Assembly: GCA_963663385.2 (NCBI GenBank)
Contig: CAXXXD010000001.1
Span: forward strand, 256,001 to 320,000
DNA from: Oceanispirochaeta sp.
GTDB taxonomy: Bacteria; Spirochaetota; Spirochaetia; DSM-2461
Length of the DNA: 64,000 bases
Reading direction: 5' to 3'
Positions 28,243 through 38,867 of the stretch are shown here, piece after piece. Made by a program: the position numbers and the translations under genes. Every line of letters starts with the position of its first letter. Within the stretch, counting starts at the first letter, position 1. The notes beneath the pieces were generated by a model that had not been told where the DNA came from, ran no database searches, and saw only the letters and a list, made by a program, of their open reading frames with translations.

Positions 28243-29832
28243 CTAATACAATTCAAGCAACGAGAGAACCTTCTCTTTGCCGATGGTATAAAGGAAGCTG
28301 ATCAGACGGGGGCCTTTTTCCTTGGAAATAAGGGCCCGGTAAACAGCGGTAAAAAAATCCACCGATTCCAGTTCCAGTTCCTTCATCATATCGTAGACTC
28401 TGGTACCGAAATCTTTTTCATCCAGAGAATCCATATCCTCTTTGACAATAACAGCCAGACGTTTCAGAGCTTCTGTATTTTTCCCGTTCTGCTCGACCTT
28501 ACCCTCTTCGGGAGTTCTCAGGGCAAACTGGAAGTCTTCGGGAGCAAATTCCTTTACCCAGTTCCAGGCACAGACCATTCTCTGACGGAGCCTTTCCTCC
28601 TGTTCAGGCACCACATCACCCAGATAGTTCATTACCGCATCCACATCGCCGGAGAAGATCTGCAGCAGGTTGCAGAGGTGACGTATCTGAATCTGGTAGG
28701 GCATGGTCCCGGGAACCTCGCCCACCTGGGACAGTTCGTATATCCGTGCCTGTTTTTCCCACTTCTTCAGAGCTTTCTCGGACTCGGGTTTATTGAAATA
28801 AGCACGCTCGCACTTGTCATAGTCTTCATATATTTTCAGAACATCCAGATCGAAGGAAATGGCGAATTCCGTGTTGGGCCGGGTACCGGCAAACATATAC
28901 CGGATAACCTCGGGCTGATAGATTTCCAGAACATCCGCCAGGGAAATAACCTCGCCCGAAGAAGAGGAAATCTTACCGCCTCTCCCTTTGATTCTGATAA
29001 AGTCATACTGGAACGTAACGGGAGGTTCATGACCGTAAACCTCTTTCGCTGTTATCCTGGCCGTATCAAAGCTGCCGCCTTCCGAGTGGTGATCCTTTCC
29101 CGCCGGTTCAAAGTCAACCTCTTCCTGCTTCCATCTCATGGGCCAGTCGATTCTCCAGGGGAGTTTAACCGCATGGGTTGTTTTCAGATCCACCGTCTCC
29201 TCGTGACCGCATTCGCAGGTATAGCTTACACCGTAATCGCCGTCCCATCCCGTAACGGTGGTCGTATCTTTGTCACAGGCTGTACAGAAAACGGAAACCG
29301 GCATCCAGTCGTCCGCCAGAGGCGTTGTCCGGCTGGCATCCAGCTGCCGTCTGATATCTTCCTTATGAACCAGGGCTTTTTTAATTCCCTCGGCGTACTC
29401 GCTGTTCCGGTAGCGCTTGGCCTGATAGATATATTCCGGATCGACCCCTACCGCCGGCAGCAGTTTCTCCAGCTCTTTCTCATTGGCCGCAGCGTAGCTC
29501 TCCTCGCTGCCCAGTACATCGGGAACAACGACAATGGGTTTGCGCAGATACGTTTCCAGGAGCTCCTGCTTCGGCATGTTTTTGGGAACTTTTCTGAAAA
29601 CATCATAATCATCCCAGGAGTAGATAAAGCGGACTTTTTCACCCTTATCTCTCAGGGCGCGGACTACGAGTTCCACCGAGATAATCTCCCGGAAGTTTCC
29701 TATATGTACAGTACCGGAGGGGGTAATACCCGACGCACAGGTAAAGTGCTCCTTCGGTCCTCTTTCTCTGATAATTTTATCGGCGGTGATATCCGCCCAG
29801 TGTGTTGATTTCGGTTTCTTATTGTCACTCAT
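28243..29832 (-). CDS. lysS: Lysine--tRNA ligase, class I
   Basis: HWAD, GITPSGTVHIGN, EPAGKDH, KISSS and GPRL. Confidence 0.97.
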   Translation of the reverse strand: MSDNKKPKSTHWADITADKIIRERGPKEHFTCASGITPSGTVHIGNFREIISVELVVRALRDKGEKVRFIYSWDDYDVFRKVPKNMPKQELLETYLRKPIVVVPDVLGSEESYAAANEKELEKLLPAVGVDPEYIYQAKRYRNSEYAEGIKKALVHKEDIRRQLDASRTTPLADDWMPVSVFCTACDKDTTTVTGWDGDYGVSYTCECGHEETVDLKTTHAVKLPWRIDWPMRWKQEEVDFEPAGKDHHSEGGSFDTARITAKEVYGHEPPVTFQYDFIRIKGRGGKISSSSGEVISLADVLEIYQPEVIRYMFAGTRPNTEFAISFDLDVLKIYEDYDKCERAYFNKPESEKALKKWEKQARIYELSQVGEVPGTMPYQIQIRHLCNLLQIFSGDVDAVMNYLGDVVPEQEERLRQRMVCAWNWVKEFAPEDFQFALRTPEEGKVEQNGKNTEALKRLAVIVKEDMDSLDEKDFGTRVYDMMKELELESVDFFTAVYRALISKEKGPRLISFLYTIGKEKVLSLLELY

Positions 29833-29928
29833 GGCAAGGAATTATACAGACCCTTTTACCCAATGGCAACAGATAAGGGAGGCTCCCATACAGAAACCTC
29901 CCTCTTTGGAAAAAAATGTACCGGAAAA

Positions 29929-30498
29929 TCAGCCTCTGCGGGGCCTTCTTCCTCCGGATCTGCCCATCGGGCCATCCTGAGCCATTCCGCCCATACGTCC
30001 CATTCCATTTTCCAGAGTAAAGGTCTCGCCATCGATTTCAGCGCTCACAACGTGCAGGTAGAGGGATTCGGTTTCGTAATCCCAGGCCATACGGGCTCTT
30101 TCGGTTACATCATAACCACTCAGCTTGACACTTTCGCCGCCTTTCAGCTCAACCTGATCAAAAGCAAACCGGGGAACCATAAGAAAAACCTTTTCTCCAT
30201 TCTGTTCAATATACGGGAGCATAGCTTCCTCCAATACCAGTACACCCTCTACTTCAATGGTTTCGGGGGTTACAGGGTTTCCCTCCTCGTCGTACCAGCA
30301 GAACTCACCGGCTGCACCGCGGGGATCTCTCCGATCCATATCCCGGCCCCGGCCGAAAGTATCCTGATCCCGGGCATACGACCCGCCGGATCCTCTTCCG
30401 AATGTATCCTGAACCGGAGCCTCTTCCTTGCTGCCGCTGGCAGATAAGGCCCCTGCCGCTGTTACCACCATCAGACCAATCATCATAATCTTCTTCAT
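29929..30498 (-). CDS. Hypothetical exported protein with Gly/Arg-rich ends
   Basis: Signal peptide (ALSASGSKE), duplicated QDTFGRG and a GGAGG SD. Confidence 0.8.
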   Translation of the reverse strand: MKKIMMIGLMVVTAAGALSASGSKEEAPVQDTFGRGSGGSYARDQDTFGRGRDMDRRDPRGAAGEFCWYDEEGNPVTPETIEVEGVLVLEEAMLPYIEQNGEKVFLMVPRFAFDQVELKGGESVKLSGYDVTERARMAWDYETESLYLHVVSAEIDGETFTLENGMGRMGGMAQDGPMGRSGGRRPRRG

Positions 30499-30623
30499 GT
30501 CATACCTCCTGACAACTTCATTGCTTTGTTATGAAACAAACAATAAATCCGGCATATGAATAAAGTGTGAACCGCTTATGCAAAGAGTCTAAACAGATAA
30601 ACATCTCGTACCGATAGAGAAAT

Positions 30624-31214
30624 ATGACTCAAAAAAAACTATTTCTCATATTTCTTCTGGCCCATATGCTCTTCCCTTTCGGGCTTTTCGCCTTTGAGGA
30701 ACAAGGCGTCGCCTCCTGGTACGGCGGCAAATTCCATGGAAGACTCACAGCCAATGGAGAAATATTCAATACCCATGAACTGACAGCCGCCCATAAACAG
30801 CTTCCCTTCAACTCGATGGTTACGGTTACAAACCTTGCCAACGGAAAATCCGTACAGGTCCGGATAAACGACCGGGGACCCTTTGTGGAGGGCAGGATAA
30901 TTGACCTGTCCTACGCGGCTGCCGCGGAACTGGATATGATAAAAACGGGAACCGCCCCTGTACTGGTAACAGTAGAAAACCTGGAGATACTCACAGTTAC
31001 TTTTAACATTCAGGTAGGCGCCTATAAAAATCTGGAAAATGCCGCAGCCATGAAAGAAAAACTGGAAAGCAACGGATTCTCTCCCAGGGCTCAATTGAGT
31101 AATAAGGGGATCACCAGAATTCTCCTGACCGGGATTCCGGAGGGAGAAACGGCCAGCTATGCCAGGAAACTGGAACAGATCGGGATTACCAATATCCTGA
31201 TCAAGCAGAACTGA
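30624..31214 (+). CDS. rlpA: Septal ring lytic transglycosylase RlpA with SPOR domain
   Basis: [23 protein letters not shown] and IIDLS; C-terminal IQVGAY. Confidence 0.93.
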   Translation: MTQKKLFLIFLLAHMLFPFGLFAFEEQGVASWYGGKFHGRLTANGEIFNTHELTAAHKQLPFNSMVTVTNLANGKSVQVRINDRGPFVEGRIIDLSYAAAAELDMIKTGTAPVLVTVENLEILTVTFNIQVGAYKNLENAAAMKEKLESNGFSPRAQLSNKGITRILLTGIPEGETASYARKLEQIGITNILIKQN

Positions 31215-31216
31215 GA

Positions 31217-31876
31217 GTGATAAACAAGTTAAGAAAGTCAGGAAATCTGACTGCCCTTGTTCTATTCCTTTTCTGCTCCACCTATCTCAACTCGGAAGGG
31301 AAACAGGAAAAAGAACTTGATGTGAAATGGTTTGGACAAACCCGGGAGGAACGCTGGGGTAATCAGAACCTGGGAACAAGCGAGACCCTCACCATACACT
31401 CCCACGGCTGCGCCCTGACGGCGGCGGCCATGGTACTGGATTACTACGGTTTACGCACCAATCCTTCCAGATTGAATAAATGGCTTGTAAAACATGACGG
31501 GTTTGACGACGGCTGGGATGATGACAGCGGAGAGTATCTGGGTAAAGTCAGGATACTCTGGGAGAGCATCGTAAACGGGATGGATGAAATATCCTCCTAT
31601 ACCAGAGTGGATTTCAGGGATCGTCCGGCGGATACGGATCTGATACGATCCTATCTGGACAGGGAGATCCCCGTTATTGCCGAAGTTCTCCGTCCCAAAG
31701 GGATCCCTCACTTTGTCGTTATTTACGGGTATAGGGATGGAGACTTTCTGATTCGGGATCCCCTGAATAAACGGGCCCGGCTATTGAGTGAAACGTACAA
31801 TATATCCGACGAATACGGCAGGGGACCGGAAAGGAATATTCTGGGGATCCGGATCTATGAACCCGACGGCTCCTGA
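31217..31876 (+). CDS. Exported C39-like (papain-fold) peptidase
   Basis: HGCALTAAAM, PHFVVI and IRDP (Cys-His-Asp triad). Confidence 0.82.
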   Translation: MINKLRKSGNLTALVLFLFCSTYLNSEGKQEKELDVKWFGQTREERWGNQNLGTSETLTIHSHGCALTAAAMVLDYYGLRTNPSRLNKWLVKHDGFDDGWDDDSGEYLGKVRILWESIVNGMDEISSYTRVDFRDRPADTDLIRSYLDREIPVIAEVLRPKGIPHFVVIYGYRDGDFLIRDPLNKRARLLSETYNISDEYGRGPERNILGIRIYEPDGS

Positions 31877-33054
31877 GGGGCGTCCAGAAGAAGAGGACCA
31901 AAGCGCCGTATCCCGATCAGCCCGATGGGAGCTGTAAAAATAATGGATAACACCGCCAGAGCCAGAATCAGCTCTCCTTCAGCCACACCGGCGGCAAGGG
32001 GTACGGATCCCATGGCAGCCTGGACGGTTGCCTTGGGCAGATAGGCAATTACGCAGAACAGACGCTCCTTTCTATTCAGAGAGCTGCCCCAGGTGGCAAT
32101 CCACACCCCGAGAGAACGGAACAGCAATCCCCCCGTAATAATCAGTAAACCGACAAGCCCGGCCCTGAGAGCTACCCGGACATCAACGGAAATCCCGATC
32201 AGCACAAAAAGAACGATCTCCGCAAAGACCCAGGCCTTGTTCAGTTTGGCCGCCAGCTCATGAGCGACCTCCTCCGACCGTTCCAGCAGGATGAAACCGG
32301 TTGTCATTACCCCCAGCAGGGCGGCTGTATGAACCCAGTTTCCTATATCCACCAGAAGGATAGCCGTTCCCAGCAGGAGCAGGGATTTCTCTGTAGCACG
32401 GATTTTCTCATGGTGCTTCCGGAAATACCATGTCAGAAACAGGCCGGCTCCGATTCCCGGCAGGATTCCTCCTGCGATGGAGACAGGAATTTTCAGAAGG
32501 GCCGCTCCCGGATGAACCGCCTGCCCTCCTGCCAGCCCGAGAAAAATGGAAAACAGGGTTATGGCAAACACATCATCCAGTGACGCTCCGGCCAGAATAA
32601 GAGTAGGCACATCCCGCTCGGCCCCCAGTCCGCGGTCTTTCATTTCCAGCATGGAAGGGACCACAACCGCAGGAGAAACGGCGGCCAGGAGAAAAGCGGT
32701 AATCCCGGCGCTTACCCAGGGAAACCCCAGAACCAGGTGAAAAAGGAGCATAAGAGCGCCTCCTTCAAAAAGGCAGGGAACAAAAGCCATCAGCAGGGCG
32801 ACCTTTCCCACTTTCTCGAGAGTGGACCGTCTGATGCCCAGACCGGCCCGCAGAAGAATAATGATAAGAGCCAGGGATTTCAGAAACGGACTGATCTCAT
32901 CAAGAGATGATGGGATCAATCCTCCGGCAAACAGCCCTATTGAGACTCCCCAGAGAATCATCCCCAGAACGGAAGGCAAACCAATCCGGGCAAAAAGGCG
33001 ACCGGCCAGCCACCCGCCCACCAGGATCAGCACAATAAGAACATTCAAAGTCAC
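31855..33054 (-). CDS. Cation:proton antiporter (NHA2-like)
   Basis: Multi-TM; AVSPAVVVP, GASLDD and PKATVQAA. Confidence 0.9.
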   Translation of the reverse strand: MTLNVLIVLILVGGWLAGRLFARIGLPSVLGMILWGVSIGLFAGGLIPSSLDEISPFLKSLALIIILLRAGLGIRRSTLEKVGKVALLMAFVPCLFEGGALMLLFHLVLGFPWVSAGITAFLLAAVSPAVVVPSMLEMKDRGLGAERDVPTLILAGASLDDVFAITLFSIFLGLAGGQAVHPGAALLKIPVSIAGGILPGIGAGLFLTWYFRKHHEKIRATEKSLLLLGTAILLVDIGNWVHTAALLGVMTTGFILLERSEEVAHELAAKLNKAWVFAEIVLFVLIGISVDVRVALRAGLVGLLIITGGLLFRSLGVWIATWGSSLNRKERLFCVIAYLPKATVQAAMGSVPLAAGVAEGELILALAVLSIIFTAPIGLIGIRRFGPLLLDAPQEPSGS

Positions 33055-34304
33055 AGAACGGCCCTGCCGGCTTCTTCCGCAAGGATACGGATTCCCTCTT
33101 CCACCAGTTCATCTTCCTGAGCATAATTCAGTCTGATACACTGGGTACTGTGATCCCAGGGTTCATCCAGACCGAAAAAGAAATACTCTCCCGGTACAAC
33201 AATAACCTTCCTCGTCTTCAGCCGCTCATACAGTTCCCGGGAAGTGATACCGAGATTTTTAAACCAGATCCACAGAAAAATTGCCCCCTCGCTCTTATGG
33301 ATACGGAAGTCAACTTCGGGAGGCATATGAGTTTTTAAGAGCTCCACGGCTCTGTGCGATTTCCGTTTATAGAAGGGTTTGATAATAGTACGGCTTATAT
33401 CGAGGATTTCCCCGCTGCGGACCAGTGACTCTGTAATAACCTGCCCGATTGTACCATTGGCCAGACTGATAATGGCATTACAGGCGGAAACAGCCTGGAT
33501 GACTTCTTTATTCGCAATGATGATTCCGGTTCTGACAGAGGGCAGTCCCAGTTTCGAAAGACTCATACTGAGTATGATATTTTCATCCCATAAAGGATTA
33601 ACATCCTGAAAGATAATCCCCGGAAAGGGAGATCCATAGGCATTATCTATTATAAAAGGAACCCCCGCCTCTTCGGCCATATCAGCCAGCTGCCGGACTT
33701 CTTCATCGGTTAAAACATTTCCCGTCGGATTGGTAGGCCTGGAAACACAGACAGCCCCCACGTCATCACCTATTTTAATGCGGGAAAAATCCGCATGGTA
33801 TTTAAAAAAAGTCTCATCCTCTTCGTTTATGGCGGCCGGAACTGTTTTAAAGACCCCCTCTTCGATTGCCTGATCGGCGTAACCGATATACTCGGGACAG
33901 AGAGGGAACAGGATTTTCTTTTTCTGCCCATTCCCGTCAATACCGGAGAAAAGATTCAGAAGAATAAAAAAGGCATTCTGACTGCCGTTTGTAATGGCAA
34001 TATTCTCCGCACTGATCCCCCAGTTGAAATTCCGGTTGAACATCCCGGCCAGAGCTTCGAGGAACGAACTTTTTCCCTGGGGTGAGTCATAACTGGAGAG
34101 AGCCTGTTCCATCCGTCCTTCCTCTTGCATAAGAGAGTTAAGACAGCGGCGCCAGAGTCTGTTTATCTCCTCAATCCCTGCGGGATTTCCTCCGCCAAGC
34201 ATACAGACATGATCCGATCCGGCTACAGCTTTCCCAAGATCGTCCATCAGTTCCAATATTCCGGATTTTGATGTGAATTTTTCACCGAATGCAGACAATT
34301 TCAT
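33051..34304 (-). CDS. avtA: Valine--pyruvate transaminase
   Basis: MKLSAFGEKF, LGGGNPA, SRPTNPTGNV, DNAYG and SLSKLGLP. Confidence 0.92.
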   Translation of the reverse strand: MKLSAFGEKFTSKSGILELMDDLGKAVAGSDHVCMLGGGNPAGIEEINRLWRRCLNSLMQEEGRMEQALSSYDSPQGKSSFLEALAGMFNRNFNWGISAENIAITNGSQNAFFILLNLFSGIDGNGQKKKILFPLCPEYIGYADQAIEEGVFKTVPAAINEEDETFFKYHADFSRIKIGDDVGAVCVSRPTNPTGNVLTDEEVRQLADMAEEAGVPFIIDNAYGSPFPGIIFQDVNPLWDENIILSMSLSKLGLPSVRTGIIIANKEVIQAVSACNAIISLANGTIGQVITESLVRSGEILDISRTIIKPFYKRKSHRAVELLKTHMPPEVDFRIHKSEGAIFLWIWFKNLGITSRELYERLKTRKVIVVPGEYFFFGLDEPWDHSTQCIRLNYAQEDELVEEGIRILAEEAGRAVL

Positions 34305-34494
34305 AATCTTGATTATACAGTTATGGTATTTCTTGCCAATATACTTAAACAATACTCATCCTATTTTTTTATCGAAGAGCGCGCCGGGAGGATTCAATAT
34401 TATGAAATGAAGAATTCTTTTATTGTTTTTTCAGAAGAAATTAGGGATAATTGAGAAATTACTGACGGTTTCATTATAAAGGTCAATTAAATAA

Positions 34495-36687
34495 ATGTCT
34501 AAAACTGAAGAACCTATACAGACAGTAACGGCACCGCATCAGGAAGAAACGTCATCCAGAGTAAAAACAATGGATGTTCAGGGTTTTGTAGAACGTATGG
34601 GTGTCCCTGCCGATATCATTCTGAATAATGCCATAGATGCGGTCCTTCAGATAGAAGAAGACGGAACCATCCTGAGAGCGAACCCCATAGCCACTGTAAA
34701 CCTGAATTATCCCGAAGAGAAACTGCAGGAACTGAACATTTTTTCCCTTGTCCCCGCAGAGTACCATGAGTTTATCAAATCCCGTATGGCTGAACACATA
34801 CACAGGAATGAGAGGAATAACCTGGACAAGGAGGAGGACCTCTTTCTTATTCGCAGCCGTGTGGGAGGGGGAAAATTAAAGACATTTGAATCTGTCCTGC
34901 TCCCTTATACAAACGAAAAAGAGATAACATTTTTTCTGAACCTCTGGGAGCCGGAATCCAGTTCCCAGAAACTGGCAGACCAGCTGAAGGAAGTCCAGAA
35001 AAACTATGAGTCCCTCTCTGAGACAATATCCGAAGCAGTCATTATTATTGATGAGACATTCAAGATTATTTACGCCAATTCCGCCACTATCCGTGTATTC
35101 GGGTACGATAGAAAAGAGATAATAGGAAAATCATTCGAAGTCCTTTTTCCCGAAGAAGTATTTTACCGTTATGCCCCCGAGATCAGAAAGTATTTCTATG
35201 TTGATTTTCACGACAGGGAAGATGCCAATATCAAGGACCATATGGAACTGCTGGGACGCAATAAAAACCGGGGTGTGTCTCCCATTGAAATATCCTTCGG
35301 GAATTCCAGAGAATTTCATGAAAGAACTCTTACCTGTATAATCCGGGATGTCAGTCATAGAAAAAATGTGGAAAGGAAACTCCGTTATCTTGCCTATCAT
35401 GATAAACTGACAGAACTCGGGAACAGGGATCTGTTCAACTCGGATGTAGAGATCCTCTTTAAACAGTACCACCAGAACCCGGACAGCCTGGGAGCTATTT
35501 TCTTTCTGGATCTGGACGGATTCAAGCATGTAAACGATACCTTCGGTCATCAGGCGGGAGATGCTATTCTTATAGAGACAGCCCAGCGTCTGAGAAATAC
35601 CTTAAGAGAATCGGATCTGATCTATCGTTTTGGAGGGGATGAGTTTGTTGTACTCCTCACCAAAATTACCCAGCAAAAAGATGCGGAACTGGTAGCCAAA
35701 AAAATCCTGCGGGATATAGGAAGAACCTATATCATTGAAAAAGACGGGAAAACATTTAATGCGTCAATCGGTGTAAGTATAGGGATTGCCCTTATCCCCA
35801 TACACGGCGATAATAATGAAATAGTCACAAGAAATGCGGATCTTTCCATGTATAAGGCAAAGGAAAACGGAAAAAACCGCTACATTGTTTTTTCTGAGGA
35901 TCTTACCCTTTCGGCACAGAATAAATGGACGATTGAACAGGGGCTTAAAACAGCTCTTGTCAAGGAAGAGATGTTTCTGCTCTATCAGCCTATTCTGTCT
36001 GGCGAAAGAGAGACCTGCGGAGTGGAAGCCCTGATACGCTGGGAACACCCTGGTCGCGGCTTAATTTCGCCGGATGAGTTCATTCCCTCTGCCGAAAAGA
36101 ACGGCTCAATCATCCCCATAGGCCACTGGGTACTGGACAGGGCCTGCGTAGAAATACAGCAGCTGAACAAACAAACAGGGAAAGATCTCTTTGTTTCGGT
36201 TAATATAAGTACAAAGCAACTGAACCTGACAGACTTTCCTGATCTGATAGACGGTGTAATAAAGCGATCCGGGATGAATCCGAAACTGCTCAGACTGGAG
36301 ATTACGGAATCCTCCCTGATGCAGAATCCGGAACTGGCAACGGAAAATCTGAGGATTGTGAAAAAAATGTACCCGGATCTAACCTTTGTAATAGATGATT
36401 TCGGCAAAGGGTACTCCAGTTTGAGCTACCTGAGCCGTCTTCCTGTAGAATGTATTAAAATTGACCGCTCCTTTGTAAAGGATATTCCCGAAGAGAATAA
36501 TATGAAAGTTATCAACTCCATTATCAACCTGGCGTTGAGTTTGAACCTGGATATGGTGGCAGAGGGGATAGAAACCGAAGAACAACAGGAAAACCCGACA
36601 CTGAAGAAGTGTCACTATTTTCAGGGTTATCTCCACAGCAGGCCTGTTACAATTGAAGAACTCAGGGTTTTTATAAAAAAGAAATGA
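34495..36687 (+). CDS. PAS-PAS-GGDEF-EAL diguanylate cyclase/phosphodiesterase
   Basis: Intact GGDEF, EAL and DDFGKGYSS motifs. Confidence 0.93.
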   Translation: MSKTEEPIQTVTAPHQEETSSRVKTMDVQGFVERMGVPADIILNNAIDAVLQIEEDGTILRANPIATVNLNYPEEKLQELNIFSLVPAEYHEFIKSRMAEHIHRNERNNLDKEEDLFLIRSRVGGGKLKTFESVLLPYTNEKEITFFLNLWEPESSSQKLADQLKEVQKNYESLSETISEAVIIIDETFKIIYANSATIRVFGYDRKEIIGKSFEVLFPEEVFYRYAPEIRKYFYVDFHDREDANIKDHMELLGRNKNRGVSPIEISFGNSREFHERTLTCIIRDVSHRKNVERKLRYLAYHDKLTELGNRDLFNSDVEILFKQYHQNPDSLGAIFFLDLDGFKHVNDTFGHQAGDAILIETAQRLRNTLRESDLIYRFGGDEFVVLLTKITQQKDAELVAKKILRDIGRTYIIEKDGKTFNASIGVSIGIALIPIHGDNNEIVTRNADLSMYKAKENGKNRYIVFSEDLTLSAQNKWTIEQGLKTALVKEEMFLLYQPILSGERETCGVEALIRWEHPGRGLISPDEFIPSAEKNGSIIPIGHWVLDRACVEIQQLNKQTGKDLFVSVNISTKQLNLTDFPDLIDGVIKRSGMNPKLLRLEITESSLMQNPELATENLRIVKKMYPDLTFVIDDFGKGYSSLSYLSRLPVECIKIDRSFVKDIPEENNMKVINSIINLALSLNLDMVAEGIETEEQQENPTLKKCHYFQGYLHSRPVTIEELRVFIKKK

Positions 36688-36784
36688 ACGGGATGCAGTC
36701 CGCAACCTGTTATGCAGCTCACGGACAGAAAATATTTAACGACAATTATTTATCGCTACAGGCTCTGAAGATTGGATAAAACGA

Positions 36785-37489
36785 CTAATCCATGGGAAGA
36801 ACAATATAGTACATAAAAAGATAGTGCATCACCGCACCAGTCAGAACAAATACGTGCCAGATTTCATGAAATCCGAACTTACCCGGTACAGGATTTGGTT
36901 TTTCCAGATAGAATATCATGGCTCCTATTGTATAAACCACTCCACCGATAAAAATCAGAGCAAAACCAGCTTTTCCGATCAGCGGAACCGAACGTATAAT
37001 CAAAATGGCACCAACCCAGCCGATACCAATATAAAAAGTGTTGGAAACCCATCGAGGAAGCTCCGGATACAAGCATTTAATAGTAATCCCGATGAACGTC
37101 AGGGTCCACACTACTCCAAACAAGGTCCAGCCCCAACTGTTCCGCTGTACAACCAGCGACAGTGGTGTATAAGTTCCCGCAATCAGCAGAAAGATGGCAA
37201 TGTAATCAAACAACCGAAACAAATTGTTTAGTCGTCTGGAGAAGTTTACCCCATGGTGCAGGCTGCTGGCTACAAAAAGCAAGATAAGACTGACCCCATA
37301 AACAGCAAATGAGACAACATGCCAGACCTTCCCTTCTACCGCTGCGGAGACAATAAGTAACGCAGAACCGAACAGGGCAAAAAAACTTCCTAAAATGTGA
37401 GACGCGGTATTAATAATTTCGTCTGTTACGTGAGTACTACCATCTTTACTTAAAGCCGGGAGATCCCTGGTGTTATCTTTTCCGTCCAT
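36785..37489 (-). CDS. Hemolysin III/PAQR family membrane protein
   Basis: EIINTASH, SSLHH, DYIAIFLLIAGTYTP and HEIWHVFV. Confidence 0.92.
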   Translation of the reverse strand: MDGKDNTRDLPALSKDGSTHVTDEIINTASHILGSFFALFGSALLIVSAAVEGKVWHVVSFAVYGVSLILLFVASSLHHGVNFSRRLNNLFRLFDYIAIFLLIAGTYTPLSLVVQRNSWGWTLFGVVWTLTFIGITIKCLYPELPRWVSNTFYIGIGWVGAILIIRSVPLIGKAGFALIFIGGVVYTIGAMIFYLEKPNPVPGKFGFHEIWHVFVLTGAVMHYLFMYYIVLPMD

Positions 37490-37684
37490 GCCTGGATAGT
37501 ACCCAATCTTATTTTATTAAGCAACCGCGCAATCCTCTAAAGATTCATTAACCTTTTTTACTAATACAAAACAAACCATTAGATTTTCATAATATCGTGA
37601 TATACATTGGTTACCACTAAAAAACTGTCAAAATTCCCAGAAGCTTTACACTCCCGGGATAAGAATTCTTTACTCAGGGACTGA

Positions 37685-38848
37685 TCAGAGATAAGCCTCT
37701 GTCATAATCCTGATTGTATCTTCAAGACTTAGATCTTTCCGGTCCAGTTCAAATAACCCTCCCATGGTATATTTGGCATTCTCAGCCAACCTGGTAATTT
37801 CATCTTTTTTAATACCGTAATCAGACATTTTCAAACCAGCCACATCACAGGCTTTATGCATTTTCAGAAGAGCTGTAATGAAGTCTTCGGGAGAGTCTCC
37901 GGGTTCACCCATAACCCTGGCCATATCCATCATTCTGTCCGGGCACACATCAAGAAAAGCCCTGAAATAGGACTCGGAAAGCATTATTAATCCGGCGCCA
38001 TGAGGCAGAGACGGATGAAAAGCGCTCAAGGCATGTTCCATGGAATGTTCGGAAGTACAAGAGGAAGTCGATTCCACCATCCCCGAAAGAGTATTAGCCA
38101 GGGCGACCTGCGATCGGGCTTCCAGATTCTTCCCGTCTTTAACAGCGACAGGAAGGAACTGACTTAACAGGCCAATGCTTTTTAAAGCATAGGCATCGCT
38201 GACAGGGGTGGCAATATTGGCGATGTACCCTTCTGCAGCATGAAAAAAGGCATCGAATCCCTGAAAGGCTGTTAGATGGGGCGGAATAGATGTCATCAAT
38301 TCGGGATCCACAATGGAAAGAACAGGAAACGTATCATCATTTCCGAATCCGATTTTTTCCTGAAGATCCTCATGGGTTATTACCGTCCAGGGATCGGCCT
38401 CGGTGCCTGTACCGGCCGTAGTTGTTACAGCCACCACAGGCAGAACCGGTTCCGGTATGGCTTTTCCTTTCCCGCTGCCGCTTCCGATATAGTCCCAGTA
38501 ATCACCGGGGTTGTTTACCATAACAGCAATGCTCTTGGCAGAATCAATGCTGCTGCCGCCTCCCAGTCCCAGAATGAAATCACAGTTATTATCCCGGGCC
38601 ATGGCAGCTCCTTCCATCACATGTTTTTTTATGGGATTGGGAAGGATTTTATCAAAGACAGCTGATTCGGTTCCATTGTCTTTCAGCAACTTCCGGACCC
38701 TATCCAGATAACCGTATTTCCTCATGGAGGTTCCCGATGAAATGACGATCAGGGCTTTCTTTCCCGGAAGATCCGCCTTACCCAGTTCATTCAGAGAACC
38801 GGGACCGAAATAGACTCTGGTTGGAATATAGTAGGAAAAATTCTGCAT
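37685..38848 (-). CDS. Iron-containing alcohol dehydrogenase
   Basis: GGGSSID, TTAGTGTE, DAFFHAAE, HSMEH and PHG. Confidence 0.92.
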   Translation of the reverse strand: MQNFSYYIPTRVYFGPGSLNELGKADLPGKKALIVISSGTSMRKYGYLDRVRKLLKDNGTESAVFDKILPNPIKKHVMEGAAMARDNNCDFILGLGGGSSIDSAKSIAVMVNNPGDYWDYIGSGSGKGKAIPEPVLPVVAVTTTAGTGTEADPWTVITHEDLQEKIGFGNDDTFPVLSIVDPELMTSIPPHLTAFQGFDAFFHAAEGYIANIATPVSDAYALKSIGLLSQFLPVAVKDGKNLEARSQVALANTLSGMVESTSSCTSEHSMEHALSAFHPSLPHGAGLIMLSESYFRAFLDVCPDRMMDMARVMGEPGDSPEDFITALLKMHKACDVAGLKMSDYGIKKDEITRLAENAKYTMGGLFELDRKDLSLEDTIRIMTEAYL

Positions 38849-38867
38849 ATGTATAACTCCTTCAATT

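Noticed and set aside
27492..28295. Direct repeats as a CRISPR array or IS ends
   Set aside because: Only two ~105-bp copies derived from lysS; no cas genes or transposase.
28678..29808. 376-aa plus-strand ORF
   Set aside because: Antisense shadow of lysS.
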